Below the pieces are notes generated by a model. It saw only the letters and a program-made list of their open reading frames with translations. It ran no database searches and was not told the DNA's origin. Shown here piece by piece: positions 62,354 through 64,000 of a stretch of 64,000 nt of DNA. This DNA is from an uncultured virus (IMG/VR IMGVR_UViG_3300031951_000023) (taxonomy: Duplodnaviria > Heunggongvirae > Uroviricota > Caudoviricetes), in the IMG/VR virus record IMGVR_UViG_3300031951_000023. One strand, 5' to 3'. The position numbers and the translations under genes are program-made. How positions within the stretch are numbered: position 1 is the stretch's first letter; every line of letters begins with the position of its first letter.

Positions 62354-62875
62354 ATGGGTGTGGGTGCAGGTTTTGACGTTCTAGGCAGAAGGCCCTCACA
62401 ATTGGGTGGGGCCTTCACGGCTGACAACGCTTTGCTCTTCGGCGGTGGTCTGCTTGGCGCTAACGGGCCTGCAGGCAGCTTGGTGCAAAGTTTTCAAGCT
62501 ACCTACCAACAGCAAGTCAATCAGATCTTTGAAGTTGGTAGCGCCTATCGTTATTATGTCGTCGGTCGTACTCAAGGCACCATGACCTTGGGGCGTATCG
62601 TCGGACCTATCAGTGTTCAGACCGATCTGCTACAAAAGCTTGGTGATGTTTGCAGCGGCAAAGCTGAAGACCACACCCTAGCTTTCGTACTAGGCTCGGC
62701 TCCCTGTAACTGGTCTGTTCCAGGCCAAGGGCAGGGCCAGGGAGTAATGTCTCTGATTGCTCGCGACGTTATCGCTAGCAACGTTGCTTACTCTGTGCAG
62801 GCCGCTGATATGATGATTAGCGAAAATGTTTCCTGTCAGACCGGCGCTATGTACAAGCAACAAGCGGCGGCATAA
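62354..62875 (+). CDS. Tail tube protein
   Basis: Follows the sheath; VQSFQATYQQQVNQIFEVGS..YYVVGRTQGTMTLGRIVG. Confidence 0.7.
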   Translation: MGVGAGFDVLGRRPSQLGGAFTADNALLFGGGLLGANGPAGSLVQSFQATYQQQVNQIFEVGSAYRYYVVGRTQGTMTLGRIVGPISVQTDLLQKLGDVCSGKAEDHTLAFVLGSAPCNWSVPGQGQGQGVMSLIARDVIASNVAYSVQAADMMISENVSCQTGAMYKQQAAA

Positions 62876-62887
62876 AGCGAGGGTTTG

Positions 62888-64000
62888 ATGCCGAGTCCCG
62901 AGCATTTTAATGTCGTTGATTACCTTCAACGCATGGAAAGGCTTATAGGGGAACTGTCAAACCGGATAAACGCTTTAGACCAAGTGACCTTGAACCCTAA
63001 CAGGCCAAGGCACGACAAGTCAGGAAACTCAACAATAAACCGGCTGGCGCTTGAGACTACATCTCGGGTGCTGGCCGGTTTCGTTGATGACTCTCTTCCT
63101 TTTTACGGTTGGTACAAGGTAACTCTTGACGGCAAGAACGCGTCCTTGGTTTGTTCTTGTCTATCAGAAGTAGGCACTCAAGGGTCAGGTGTTCAAAAAG
63201 TAGGAACAATACGACCAGGCTCAAGAGTATTTGTAATCTATGGCTTGGGAGAAACTACCGGAACAATAATTGGAGTAGATAACGGTTACTCTGTAGAAAA
63301 CGAAAAAAGCATAAGAGATTTCATAAGCCAGGCGTCTACTAACACTCCAATATCTGAACAAGTCACCACGGCTAGGTTTAATCCAAACTTTATACCTCCA
63401 GCCAAGCTGTCCTACGGATCTCCTGTAGACGAGACATGCTTGGGCGAATGGGGTCGAATGACCGAGACAGGGTCTTCCGTATTCCTAGACCCTTTCATGG
63501 CTTTTCTAAGGTCAGATGAAAACTGCGGATTCTGGGCGTTCTGGCACGATCAGCTAGCTAGGATGCACGGGCACAATCTGCAAATACGGTCAGCAACTAC
63601 AAGTATGGATTTCTTTGACGATGAGAGCGAGCTGTCCTCAATAATAGGACACTCTCCTTATCTATGGGAATCTCTTGGTGGCTTGGTAAAAGGTATCGAG
63701 CTTTTTAAGCAAAGAACCCAAGAGGCTGTGCTTAAAAACTCTACAGAATTTTCTTTGATAGACCTAAAAGAACTTACTCAAACACCTTTTCATAGACTTG
63801 TGGAATACGCAGGTTTTCTTGGGCAAGGCTTCAAGAAGCAATTAAGGCTTCCTCCGCCGGGAAAACAGATTTTCAGCATGGACAGCCCTACGAACGTCCC
63901 TGCTGTTTGGGAAGAGCATTTGGCTCTAGACGGCAACTACCACATGGTGTCGTCTCAGGGAATATTCCTGGCCCACGTTCCGGTATTCAACAGCCCTGTT
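62888..64000 (+). CDS. Partial tail/baseplate protein (OB-fold spike or hub-like), runs off the window end
   Basis: GAGGG RBS; MPSPEHFNV...GWYKVTLD...PGSRVFVI..GTIIG; appears open to 64000. Confidence 0.5.
   Translation, partial: MPSPEHFNVVDYLQRMERLIGELSNRINALDQVTLNPNRPRHDKSGNSTINRLALETTSRVLAGFVDDSLPFYGWYKVTLDGKNASLVCSCLSEVGTQGSGVQKVGTIRPGSRVFVIYGLGETTGTIIGVDNGYSVENEKSIRDFISQASTNTPISEQVTTARFNPNFIPPAKLSYGSPVDETCLGEWGRMTETGSSVFLDPFMAFLRSDENCGFWAFWHDQLARMHGHNLQIRSATTSMDFFDDESELSSIIGHSPYLWESLGGLVKGIELFKQRTQEAVLKNSTEFSLIDLKELTQTPFHRLVEYAGFLGQGFKKQLRLPPPGKQIFSMDSPTNVPAVWEEHLALDGNYHMVSSQGIFLAHVPVFNSPV

Noticed and set aside
1..64000. Stop-codon reassignment
   Set aside because: Coding density is high under the standard code, and TAA, TAG and TGA all end genes at coupled junctions.

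Overview
The window is part of a large, probably lytic, contractile-tailed (myovirus-like, likely jumbo) phage genome. It uses the standard genetic code, and nearly all genes are on the + strand. From start to end: (i) 0.3-7.3 kb, a glycosyltransferase/methyltransferase cluster with a Thr-rich LamG protein and an inserted HNH gene; (ii) 7.3-15.1 kb, accessory genes (HAD, papain-like and C39 peptidases, PhoH, a modular 2H/DUF5661-like protein, a possible structured RNA); (iii) 15.1-18.6 kb, an array of small expression cassettes, each built as promoter, leader hairpin, ORF(s), terminator and a conserved T(n)AGCYRTCAG junction, with two more cassettes at 55.7-57.0 kb; (iv) an intein-containing class II ribonucleotide reductase on the - strand; (v) 22-55.6 kb, a head region with a two-gene multisubunit RNA polymerase (beta fused to the N-half of beta', plus a separate C-half of beta'), an SF2/SNF2 helicase, many low-complexity or glycine-zipper proteins, a putative prohead protease, scaffold and major capsid protein; (vi) neck, tail sheath, tail tube and a partial baseplate gene. 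The most striking unexplained signal is a K-x-[A/S/G] motif. It ends short N-terminal leaders and separates small modules in about 20 head-region proteins, which suggests a protease-processed capsid-cargo tagging and polyprotein system. All family assignments come from motif recognition by eye, not from database searches.
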